60,526 nucleotides of DNA from positions 558,245 to 618,770 of the forward strand of contig JAHCIT010000001.1 in assembly GCA_026129095.1 (NCBI GenBank). The letters are read 5' to 3'. Below the pieces are notes generated by a model that worked only from the letters and a program-made list of their open reading frames with translations, had not been told where the DNA came from and did no database searches. Below, one piece after another: positions 1-8,209 of this stretch. The position numbers and the translations under genes were made by a program. The DNA is from Deltaproteobacteria bacterium. GTDB taxonomy: Bacteria > JAGRBM01 > JAHCIT01. Numbering within the stretch: the stretch's first letter is position 1; every line of letters begins with the position of its first letter.

Positions 1-1
1 A

Positions 2-151
2 AGCACGATTACCGAGAACGACATCTGTGACAAGTGCTGGTTTGCCTGCCGTGGCGAGAGCCAGGCCCCGCTCAATCTTGCCCGGATTGGTGAAGTAGTC
101 CGAAAGCCCGCCTACGAGCTGCCGTTCGAGAGTTCGCTGGACCTCGCCTGA
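2..151 (+). CDS. 3' end of a CDS truncated by the window edge; Cys-rich tail (CDKCWFAC), possibly a radical-SAM SPASM/twitch domain
   Basis: Open frame 2..151 reads STITENDICDKCWFACRGESQAPL...LA*, with CxxCxxxC spacing. Confidence 0.45.
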   Translation, partial: STITENDICDKCWFACRGESQAPLNLARIGEVVRKPAYELPFESSLDLA

Positions 152-247
152 TACGCCCCCTTGCCCATTCCTCCTCCCGGCGTCTAGACCCGTACGGTGT
201 GGAAAATACCTTTGTCCGCACACTGCACATCTGGAACCGGGAGTATC

Positions 248-1030
248 ATGAGCTACGAAAATATCCTCTTCGAAACAGCCGGGCCCATTGGCAGGCTCAC
301 CGTGAACCGGCCGAAATTACTGAACGCACTGAATCGGCGTACCCTCTCCGAAATCGCCGACTGTGCAAAAGCAGCCGCCCAAGACCGGTCACTCCGGGCA
401 CTGATCGTCACCGGTGCAGGTGAGAAAGCATTTGTCGCCGGAGCAGATATTTCCGAGATGACCGATTTTCCCCGGGAGGCGGCACTCGAATTTTCCCGTG
501 ACGGGCACCGGGCAATGGATGCCATAGCGGCAATCCCTTTTCCGGTCATCGCCCAGGTAAACGGCTTCGCACTCGGGGGCGGCCTGGAACTGGCTCTAGC
601 CTGTGACGTCATTTTTGCTGCCGACACGGCAAAGCTGGGGTTACCGGAAGTGACACTTGGCCTGCTGCCGGGCTTTGGCGGAACGCAGCGGCTTTCCCGC
701 CGGGTTGGGCCAGGGAAAGCCCGTGAACTCACCTATTCCGGTGAACACATACCAGCCACCGAAGCGCTTCGGATACATCTTGTAGATCGCGTGTATCCGG
801 CAGCCGAACTCGGCGATGCCTGTACAAAATGGGCAGAACTGGTTGCCACGCGTGGACCTTGTGGAATTGCCCTGGCCAAGGAGGCAATCGAGACCGGTTC
901 CGGGCTCACACTGGCAGATGGCCTGAGGATCGAACAGCACCTGTTTTCAACTGCTTTCACCACACAGGACATGCGCGAAGGAACACAAGCCTTCCTCGCC
1001 AAGCGCAAGGCCGATTTCAAAGGGAACTGA
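248..1030 (+). CDS. Enoyl-CoA hydratase (crotonase family)
   Basis: NRPKLLNAL, FVAGADISE, GFALGGGLELALACD and PEVTLGLLPGFGGTQRL motifs; ATG 248 follows GGGAG. Confidence 0.95.
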   Translation: MSYENILFETAGPIGRLTVNRPKLLNALNRRTLSEIADCAKAAAQDRSLRALIVTGAGEKAFVAGADISEMTDFPREAALEFSRDGHRAMDAIAAIPFPVIAQVNGFALGGGLELALACDVIFAADTAKLGLPEVTLGLLPGFGGTQRLSRRVGPGKARELTYSGEHIPATEALRIHLVDRVYPAAELGDACTKWAELVATRGPCGIALAKEAIETGSGLTLADGLRIEQHLFSTAFTTQDMREGTQAFLAKRKADFKGN

Positions 1031-1033
1031 TCC

Positions 1034-2176
1034 ATGGATTTTGCCCTTTCCGGAACGCATCGCCTTCTCCAGCAGGCGGCCCGCGAGTTTGCTCAAAAGG
1101 AACTGGCACCACTGGCCGAGAAGGTGGATCGAGAACACTACTTTCCTGTTGAAAGCGTGAAAAAGCTTGGTGAGATGGGTTTTATGGGTGTTTTTGTTCC
1201 GGAAAAGCTTGGCGGCGCCGGAATGGACTTTCTTTCCTACGTTATTGTGATGGAGGAAGTCGCCGCCGCCTGTGCAGCGACTTCTGTCATCGTCAGTGTG
1301 AATAATTCTCTCGTTTGTGCCGGCTTGCTTCAGTTCGGAACCGAATCACAGAAGCGTGACCTCCTTGTGCCGCTTGCATCCGGAAAGCAGCTCGGCTGCT
1401 ACTGTCTATCGGAGCCAGACACGGGATCAGACGCGGCCGCCCAGCGTACCCGCGCCACCAGGAATGGCAGCGGGTGGATAATTGAAGGTGCCAAAAATTT
1501 CATCTCCAGTGCATTGCATGCCGACTGGGCTATTGTCTTTGCCATGACCGAGCCGGACAGGGGTTCCAAGGGTATCACGGCATTTCTGGTCGATACGAAA
1601 TCACCGGGTTTTGAAGTCGGAAAGGCGGAGATGAAACTTGGTATCTGTGGATCGGCCACGTCACAAATTACACTGAATGGCGTCAGAGTCCCGGAGGCCA
1701 ACGTACTCGGCGAGGTGAACGGCGGGTTTAAAATTGCAATGACGTTGCTTGAATCGGGACGAATCGGCATAGCGGCCCAGGCACTCGGCATTGGACGGGC
1801 GGCTTATGAGGCGGCCGTGAAATATTCAAAAGAACGTGTCGCCTTCGGCAAGCCGATCAGCGCCAACCAGGGTATCCAGTGGTATTTGTGCGACATGGCC
1901 GTAAGGCTCGAGAACTCACGCAATCTCATCTGCAAGGCCGCCTGGCTGAAGGAAACCGGCCAGCCATTTGGCAAGGAGGCCGCGATGGCGAAACTGTACG
2001 CGTCGGAGTCGGCCAACTGGATTGCCAATAAGGCTTTGCAAATCCATGGCGGCAATGGATACCTCAAGGAATATCCCGTCGAACGGTACTTCCGCGATGC
2101 CCGCGTCACAGAAATCTACGAAGGTACTACCGAGATTCAGAGGCTCGTGATCGCCCGGCATATCCTGAAAGACTAA
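1034..2176 (+). CDS. Short-chain (butyryl-CoA-type) acyl-CoA dehydrogenase
   Basis: CLSEPDTGSDAA, GRIGIAAQALG, QIHGGNGY and IYEGTTEIQR motifs; 3 bp after the crotonase gene. Confidence 0.95.
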   Translation: MDFALSGTHRLLQQAAREFAQKELAPLAEKVDREHYFPVESVKKLGEMGFMGVFVPEKLGGAGMDFLSYVIVMEEVAAACAATSVIVSVNNSLVCAGLLQFGTESQKRDLLVPLASGKQLGCYCLSEPDTGSDAAAQRTRATRNGSGWIIEGAKNFISSALHADWAIVFAMTEPDRGSKGITAFLVDTKSPGFEVGKAEMKLGICGSATSQITLNGVRVPEANVLGEVNGGFKIAMTLLESGRIGIAAQALGIGRAAYEAAVKYSKERVAFGKPISANQGIQWYLCDMAVRLENSRNLICKAAWLKETGQPFGKEAAMAKLYASESANWIANKALQIHGGNGYLKEYPVERYFRDARVTEIYEGTTEIQRLVIARHILKD

Positions 2177-2210
2177 ACCAAATAGCCAAAGGGCATCTTG
2201 GCTACAGGTT

Positions 2211-4916
2211 CTAGGTTCTAATTCTGGCGCCCAGCCGACGGATAACCGCCTTCTCAAGCTCGACGCTGAAGAACAGGAAAATCCCGAATGCCAGCATCCA
2301 GAGCCAGATATGCGGCGGGAATGCCGCTACACCAAATAGCAAGTGCATCGGCGGAGCATAGGTGAACAGCGCCTGGATCACTATGATTGCGGCAATCGAA
2401 AGCATAACGTATACATTTCCGAACAGACCCTCAATGGATAGCGCTGATGCCCGCAGATAGCGGCTGCTGAACAAAAAGAATACCTCCCCCATCACCAGTG
2501 TATTGACAGCTATTGCACGTGATTGTTCGAGACTGAGTCCCTGCGTCTCATACCACAGGAACAACCCGTACGATCCGGCAATCAGAAGCGTGGCGACCAC
2601 AATGATCCGGGCCACGAGAAAAGGAGTAATGAGCGCTTCACCTGGATCCCGTGGTGGCCGCTCCATAATGCCAGGTTCGAGATGCTCAAAGGCGAGTGCC
2701 AGCGAGAGCGTCACTGCCGTTACCATGTTCACCCAGAGAATCTGGACCGGCGTTATGGGAAGCACATGGCCAGTCAATGTTGCAGCCATAACCATTCCGG
2801 CCTGGCCGCCACTGACCGCAAGTATATAGACAATGGCTTTACGGATATTTTCGTAAACGGTCCGGCCTTCTTCCACAGCCGAGACAATCGAGGCGAAATT
2901 GTCATCTACCAGAACCATTTCTGAGGCATCCTTGGCCGCCTCAGTCCCCTTGATCCCCATCGATACACCGACATCAGCACGTTTAAGTGCCGGTGAATCA
3001 TTCACGCCATCTCCAGTCATGGCGCAGATGTCGCCATTGCTCTGCATGGCTTCGACCAGCCGGAGCTTGTGCTCCGGATTAGCGCGGGCAAAAATATCTG
3101 CCTCCCTTACGGCCTTCCGTAGTGCCGAGGCATCCAGCTTTTCTATATCGGAGCCTGTCAGCACCTGCGAGGCGTCAATTCCCAGTTGCCCGCCAATCGC
3201 CTGCGCTGTAGCCGCATGGTCGCCAGTGATCATTTTGACGTCGATCCCCGCCCGATGGCAGAGGCGGATTGCCTCGACCGCCTCGTCTCGCGGCGGATCC
3301 ATGATCCCGAACAGGGCGAGCAGCGTAAAGCCGTCCTCCATATCACCAAACCGCAGCTCGCCGGTTCCACCGGCCACCGGCCGGCAGGCGACAGCCAGCA
3401 GCCTTTGTCCCAGCCGTGCCGTCTCCTCCATACGGTCATGCCAGTAAGCCTTGCGCATGGTCCGGTCTTCGCCTCCGGAACGCTCAAATGCACACATTTC
3501 CATTACCCGTTCAGGCGCCCCTTTGAGGAATATGAACCCATGGCCCGCATGATCGTGATGAAGCGTCGCCATGAACCTGTGCTCGGATTCAAACGGTATG
3601 ACATCCCGTCGTGGCTGGGCTTCGTTCTCATAGACAGGATCCAGCCCAGCCTTCATCGCCAGAGTAACCAGTGCCCCTTCGGTCGGATCACCCTCAACAA
3701 TCCAGTGACCGCCAGACTCCCGTACAATGGCGTCGTTGCACAGAAGAGCCGCCCTTCCGATATCGGCAAGCTCGGGGTAGCTGCTAGCCAGGGCTTCCTT
3801 CCCCCCGATCGTGAAACCGCCCCTTGGGGCATACCCAGTACCATCGACATGAAAGACCTGGTCGGCTGTCACCACGCGCTGAACCGTCATCTCATTGCGC
3901 GTGAGCGTTCCAGTCTTGTCAGAACAGATTACAGTTACCGATCCCAGCGTCTCGACCGCCGGAAGCCGGCGTATGATCGTCTTGCGTCGGGCCATCCGCT
4001 GCACACCGATAGCAAGGGTAATGGTCATGATGGCCGGAAGGCCTTCTGGAATGGCTGCCACTGCCAGACCTACGGCCGCCATGAAGACTTCCCCGCCGCT
4101 CTGCTCCCAGACCCAGAATCCGACAGCGAAAGTGATGGCGGAGAATACAAGTATGAGGACCGTGAGCCACCGGGCAAAATGAGCCATCTTGCGAAGGAGA
4201 GGAGTAGTGATCTCTTCGACTTCCGCCAACAGGCGGCTGATCCGACCAATCTCTGTCTGTGCCCCAGTCGAAACGACCAGCCCAAGACCCTGGCCATAAG
4301 TTACCAGTGTGCCGGAATGCGCCATGCACAGGCGATCACCGAGAGACGTGTCGGGAGCTGCTGGTTCAAGAGATTTTTCGACACTCTCCGATTCCCCCGT
4401 AAGCATGGACTCGTCGACCTTCAGCGTGCGAACTTCAATTAAGCGCAAGTCCGCAGGAACCTTGTCACCTGATTGAAGAAACACCACATCCCCGGGCACC
4501 AGATCTTCTGCTCCAATTTCCTGCCGGTGGCCATCACGAAGGACTACCGCGTGGAGAGAGAGCAGGTTGCGGATGGCATCAAGTGCGCTCTCAGCTTTCC
4601 CCTCCTGGATAAAACCAATCAACGCATTGATAACGACTACGCCAACAATGACCAGGGTATCGACAGCATGTCCCAGGAACGCTGTCACCACTGCTGCGCC
4701 AAGCAGCACATATATGAGCACATTATGGAACTGGAGCAGAAAGCGCATCCAGGAACTGCGTCGGGGAGGCGGGGGCAGATGATTGGGTCCGTGTTCGCGG
4801 AGCCGACGCGCCGCTTCATCAGAAGAAAGGCCCTCGGGCCGTGACTTCAGGCGGGCAAGGGCATCCGCCGGGGAAAGCGTGTGCCAGTATGTTTGATTAT
4901 CAGCTGCGGATTCCAT
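2211..4916 (-). CDS. Cation-transporting P-type ATPase (P2A / Ca2+-like)
   Basis: TGES, IPEGLP, DKTGTLT, KGAPE, MITGD and TGDGVND motifs; about 10 TM helices. Confidence 0.95.
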   Translation of the reverse strand: MESAADNQTYWHTLSPADALARLKSRPEGLSSDEAARRLREHGPNHLPPPPRRSSWMRFLLQFHNVLIYVLLGAAVVTAFLGHAVDTLVIVGVVVINALIGFIQEGKAESALDAIRNLLSLHAVVLRDGHRQEIGAEDLVPGDVVFLQSGDKVPADLRLIEVRTLKVDESMLTGESESVEKSLEPAAPDTSLGDRLCMAHSGTLVTYGQGLGLVVSTGAQTEIGRISRLLAEVEEITTPLLRKMAHFARWLTVLILVFSAITFAVGFWVWEQSGGEVFMAAVGLAVAAIPEGLPAIMTITLAIGVQRMARRKTIIRRLPAVETLGSVTVICSDKTGTLTRNEMTVQRVVTADQVFHVDGTGYAPRGGFTIGGKEALASSYPELADIGRAALLCNDAIVRESGGHWIVEGDPTEGALVTLAMKAGLDPVYENEAQPRRDVIPFESEHRFMATLHHDHAGHGFIFLKGAPERVMEMCAFERSGGEDRTMRKAYWHDRMEETARLGQRLLAVACRPVAGGTGELRFGDMEDGFTLLALFGIMDPPRDEAVEAIRLCHRAGIDVKMITGDHAATAQAIGGQLGIDASQVLTGSDIEKLDASALRKAVREADIFARANPEHKLRLVEAMQSNGDICAMTGDGVNDSPALKRADVGVSMGIKGTEAAKDASEMVLVDDNFASIVSAVEEGRTVYENIRKAIVYILAVSGGQAGMVMAATLTGHVLPITPVQILWVNMVTAVTLSLALAFEHLEPGIMERPPRDPGEALITPFLVARIIVVATLLIAGSYGLFLWYETQGLSLEQSRAIAVNTLVMGEVFFLFSSRYLRASALSIEGLFGNVYVMLSIAAIIVIQALFTYAPPMHLLFGVAAFPPHIWLWMLAFGIFLFFSVELEKAVIRRLGARIRT

Positions 4917-4922
4917 CCGGGC

Positions 4923-4951
4923 AGACTAGCCCGATAGGATTAAAGTGTCAG
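4923..4951 (-). promoter_or_regulatory. Sigma70-like promoter of the P-type ATPase, probably leaderless
   Basis: Minus strand CTGACA-N17-TAGTCT-N6-ATG; no Shine-Dalgarno before the ATG. Confidence 0.45.
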
Positions 4952-4989
4952 ATGATTTCGGTCAGGCGTTAACAGGTCTTAAGAACCGG

Positions 4990-6351
4990 TCAGTCCACCG
5001 TATCGAAGCTAACGACCGCGGCCTTGCCCGCCTGAACTTCCACTTCACCGATCGGGACCATCTTGCCAACCGAAAGCTGCGCACTGAGTTCATAGCGGCC
5101 GGGTGCCAGCCGGAGCCGCGCAATGCGGATCTGGTCCGGCAAAAAACCCCAATGGCGTGTATCGGCATTTTCCGTTGCGACGGCAGCGACATTCATGGCC
5201 AATCCCACGAGGCTGCCGATCAGTTGTGCATTGGGATCATTCCCCCTCGACCGCTTGATCGCCTCTTCGGTCGCCTTCGTAGCAGCATACTTGGCGAGTG
5301 CACGGGCAACCGCCTTGGCCTTGATCCGGCCCAGCCGGTCCTCGAGATTTTTCCTTGCAATATCACCCAGTGGCTGCGCTTCTTCCGTCGCGGCAGAAGC
5401 AATCTCATAAGGCAGTCCATCGCCCTCCCCGATGCGTGTTGCCCGGATGACCGAACCCTTGTTGAAATACTGGCGACGCCTGTACTCGGGATAAGCAACC
5501 TTGATCACATGCCCGTCCGGGGTCGGAATGATCCAGGACTTTTCCACCTTTTCCGGCACGAGTCCGTTCAGATGGATCACCACAACATCTCCAAAGTCCT
5601 GTGGGGTTAGTCCCTCTGGTGGTGGCACAGCGCCGTCTGGAAGCTCATCACCCGACAGAAATGCCGCCTCACCGGCCAGTACAGCCAACTGCTTCGGTAC
5701 CGCCGACCGGTAGTGCTTCTGGTAGTCCCCGCCATAGATTTCGAAAGCCTTGCGAAAGGCGACGCCTGCATCCTGAAGGTCTTCCGAGGTACCGGAGTGC
5801 AGGTACAGGATACCAGTGATGAAACGGCCGAAAGCATCCTCGGTATAGACGTTCTGGCTTTCCTCGTATTTCGTGTTGTAGAGCGCCAGCTTTTCATCCA
5901 CCCGGCGGGCCTCGACGAGTGCGCTTTCGGTATTCCCCATTTCCGCATAGATGAGGGCCTTGAAGATGTTTACCATCACCCGCTCGAAATCCTCGCCGCT
6001 GTATTCTGACATCGTGTCGTTGACTATTCCGGTGGCGAGCGTCCGGGTAACGGACGTGGTGTACAGTTCTTCTCCCAGAATATCGGCCTGTTCGAATACC
6101 TTGAGTGCCTCGGGAAACCGTTTGGCATAGTAGAGAAGCGCGCCTTCCTCATAGATTGCCAGCAGCCGTTCCGCCTTGCCGTAGTTCTTGCGGTTCTCCT
6201 GAAAAGTCTTGAGCGCGCCGTCGTGGTTCCGGTGTGCGCGCTGGTTGTTCACCTGCTGATGAAACCTGACGCTCGGTGCACAGGCCGACACCAGCACGCA
6301 CAATGCACCACCCAGCACCAGACTGAACTGGCGCATCCGTCCTGTTATCAT
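4990..6351 (-). CDS. COG3014-type TPR-like lipoprotein, commonly found next to lpoB
   Basis: Lipobox VSAC; motifs YSGEDFERVMVN, ALVEARR and ENADTRHW. Confidence 0.8.
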   Translation of the reverse strand: MITGRMRQFSLVLGGALCVLVSACAPSVRFHQQVNNQRAHRNHDGALKTFQENRKNYGKAERLLAIYEEGALLYYAKRFPEALKVFEQADILGEELYTTSVTRTLATGIVNDTMSEYSGEDFERVMVNIFKALIYAEMGNTESALVEARRVDEKLALYNTKYEESQNVYTEDAFGRFITGILYLHSGTSEDLQDAGVAFRKAFEIYGGDYQKHYRSAVPKQLAVLAGEAAFLSGDELPDGAVPPPEGLTPQDFGDVVVIHLNGLVPEKVEKSWIIPTPDGHVIKVAYPEYRRRQYFNKGSVIRATRIGEGDGLPYEIASAATEEAQPLGDIARKNLEDRLGRIKAKAVARALAKYAATKATEEAIKRSRGNDPNAQLIGSLVGLAMNVAAVATENADTRHWGFLPDQIRIARLRLAPGRYELSAQLSVGKMVPIGEVEVQAGKAAVVSFDTVD

Positions 6352-6387
6352 GACTCTGCCCTCCCCAGGGATTTCCGAATGGCGGTA

Positions 6388-6996
6388 CTAGAACTTCGCC
6401 TTTGACCGCTCGATGTATTTCTTGATCTTCTTTTCGCCAATCCAGACCTTCTGGTTGGTGCTGAGATTGATGAGCTCCAGATTGATCTGGTAGAAAACCA
6501 CACGTTCACCCTCGGCCTGGTCAGTGATGCTGTTGATGACGCCCTGAAGCATGTAGTCGGCGCCCTTTTCGGCATGATCGGCCTGGTTCTGTGCCGTGAA
6601 ACCGTACTGCTGGTCGGTTCGCTCGTCACGAATCTCCTTGCGCTCATCCTTGGATGCAACCACATCGACCCGCCCGGAGTTCACCCAGGCGCGCTCCAGA
6701 TCCTTCGAGAACGTCTGCGTGTTGATATGCTCACTGGACCGGTTGCGGATGGTTCCGACAATCACGGTCGGCACCCCGCCGGGCTTTTTCGGCTGGAACC
6801 GCTCCAGCCAGGCGGCCGACATGACATCCTTGATTACCTCCTCCGAGACGAGGCGTGAATCGGTGTCATTCCACCGCCCTGAAAGGTCCTTCTGCTCCTT
6901 GACGTCAACACGGCTGACTTTCGTTCCGCAGGCCGGGGCAGACAGAACCGCCGCCACAAACAGGATCCGCACCAGGCGTCCAGACAGGAATTTCAT
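6388..6996 (-). CDS. lpoB: Penicillin-binding protein activator LpoB family lipoprotein
   Basis: Lipobox APAC; motifs DLSGRWNDTD, NRSSEHINT, GADYMLQG and KVWIGEKKIKK. Confidence 0.85.
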   Translation of the reverse strand: MKFLSGRLVRILFVAAVLSAPACGTKVSRVDVKEQKDLSGRWNDTDSRLVSEEVIKDVMSAAWLERFQPKKPGGVPTVIVGTIRNRSSEHINTQTFSKDLERAWVNSGRVDVVASKDERKEIRDERTDQQYGFTAQNQADHAEKGADYMLQGVINSITDQAEGERVVFYQINLELINLSTNQKVWIGEKKIKKYIERSKAKF

Positions 6997-7155
6997 TCGA
7001 CATACCTCCAGTGGATATTTGGCGGCACCAGTCAGGAGCCGTCTCGAAACAGTTTTCAGGAACAGCAGGGACTCTAGGTCTGCCCCGGCTTGTTGCCAAG
7101 TCGGGACAACTTGCCTGCCAGCATTGCGGCGTGTCAGGGGGACGGCATTAGCATC

Positions 7156-7629
7156 ATGGGTAAAAAGGACAAAAAGCCGGACTCCCTCATTACCGAGAAC
7201 CGCAAGGCGCGATTCCGGTACCAGGTGCTGGAAACAGTCGAGGCGGGGATCGTGCTGGAAGGCTGGGAAGTCAAGAGCCTGCGCGAGGACGGCGCGAATG
7301 TGTCAGACGCCTATGGGGTCATCAACGGAAGCGAGGTGTTCCTCCTGAATCTGCACATTTCACCCTATACCAAGTCCCGTGTGATCCCCGGCATGGAGAC
7401 CCGGACCCGCAAGCTCCTGCTGAACCGCAAGGAGATCAACGGCCTCGTCGGACAGGTGCGCGAGAAAGGCCGGACGCTCATCCCGCTCAAGCTCTACTGG
7501 AACGAGGCCGGACGGGCCAAGGTCCTGCTCGGTGTCTGCATCGGCAAGCAGGCCCACGACAAGCGGGAAACGATCAAGCGGCGCGACGAGGACCGCTACA
7601 TCGCCCGGGTAAAAAAACAGTTCCGTTAA
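7156..7629 (+). CDS. smpB: SsrA-binding protein SmpB
   Basis: NRKARFRY, EAGIVLEGWEVKSLR, RTRKLLL and GKQAHDKRETIK motifs. Confidence 0.97.
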   Translation: MGKKDKKPDSLITENRKARFRYQVLETVEAGIVLEGWEVKSLREDGANVSDAYGVINGSEVFLLNLHISPYTKSRVIPGMETRTRKLLLNRKEINGLVGQVREKGRTLIPLKLYWNEAGRAKVLLGVCIGKQAHDKRETIKRRDEDRYIARVKKQFR

Positions 7630-7684
7630 CGCCCTGCGTTGTCCTGAGGCTGACAAGAGCGTGCTGACGCCCGTGTCAGTCCCG

Positions 7685-7785
7685 GTTCACTGGTTGAACA
7701 ACAGCCGAACATGGCGTCTTATTTTGTAATATATATCAATAGTTTTAACAGGTTAGGGTTGAACATGGAACCGAACAGCCGTTCG
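7685..7785. promoter_or_regulatory. Cluster of GAAC/GTTC half-sites flanking an AT-rich IHF-like tract
   Basis: GGTTGAACA at 7692 and 7757; GAAC-N7-GAAC 7696-7710; palindrome CGAAC-AGCC-GTTCG 7772-7785; TATCAATAGTTTT within the 7718-7750 AT tract. Confidence 0.45.
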
Positions 7786-7804
7786 CTGAATGGGTGTTTT
7801 TTTC

Positions 7805-7834
7805 TTGCTGTTTCAGTTCCGTGTCATTCATAAT
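7805..7834 (+). promoter_or_regulatory. Sigma70-like promoter for the structured RNA and/or panBCD
   Basis: TTGCTG (7805-7810)-N18-CATAAT (7829-7834) with an upstream T-tract; the predicted start at about 7840-7841 coincides with the 5' end of the folded element. Confidence 0.5.
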
Positions 7835-7839
7835 GCCCG

Positions 7840-8089
7840 CGTGACCGGAGCCCGAAGGGCAAATAGCCCACAGAAGGCTCCAGGCCGCCTGGATTCCTGT
7901 CCGGATTGACGGAGGAACCGGGACGGAAAGGCCACAAGGACGCGGCAAGCTGTCAGGCCGGCGCGGCAGATTCCCCAGGAGCCCGGAAACGGACCCAGGA
8001 GGAAAGAGCCAGCAAAGCGCAGGTAACCCCAACGACAGTTCACCCGTTAACTGGCCCGCAAAGCGACGAACGGCTCGCCTTCACGTTTT
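7840..8089 (+). ncRNA. Unclassified ~245-nt structured RNA (sRNA or cis-regulatory leader of panBCD)
   Basis: Nested helices pair the 5' and 3' ends and form two long arms; G.U pairs favour the + strand; CCG-GAAA-CGG tetraloop; 13 GGA trinucleotides in 7847-8003; TTTT after the closing stem. Confidence 0.55.
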
Positions 8090-8209
8090 GCGTACGTCCC
8101 GGCTCACATCACTCCCTCATATCCGAGCAATGGAAGCACCTCCGGCGGAGACATGAAACCGGCGCATCGGGATTTTCCCGTGGCACCGGGATCGGAGAAG
8201 CGCACGGAC

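Noticed and set aside
3186-4442. Long antisense or shadow ORFs (also 21205-22152, 34643-35512, 49048-49860, 56502-57311)
   Set aside because: They lie opposite well-supported genes, which is expected from codon bias in GC-rich DNA, and show no motifs
7716-7755. dif site or att site in the AT-rich tract
   Set aside because: Poor match to the XerD arm, no XerC arm, and no integrase or flanking direct repeat
7855-7940. c-di-GMP-I/cGAMP (GGGCAAA...GGGACGGAAAG) or glycine (CCGAAG.GCAA) riboswitch
   Set aside because: The required P2 pairing and downstream motifs are missing; only short words match
7948-8002. SRP RNA helix 8 (TGTCAGGCCGG; CCCAGG..CCGGAAACGGA..CAGG)
   Set aside because: The conserved symmetric loop CAGG/AGCA flanking the tetraloop stem is not formed
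7860-8080. RNase P RNA (fragments GAGGAAAG, CAGGTAAC, CCACAGAA)
   Set aside because: The fragments are out of order, the P4 signatures GAGGAAAGUCC and ACAGAANNCGGCUUA are absent, and the element is short
7630-8110. tmRNA (ssrA) next to smpB; TTAACT-GGC CCG CAA AGC GAC GAA CGG CTC GCC (GPQSDERLA) resembles a resume site plus tag
   Set aside because: No GGGG 5' acceptor strand, no T-arm or CCA end, and the frame does not stop after an ALAA-like end; a permuted form could only be excluded with ARAGORN or Infernal
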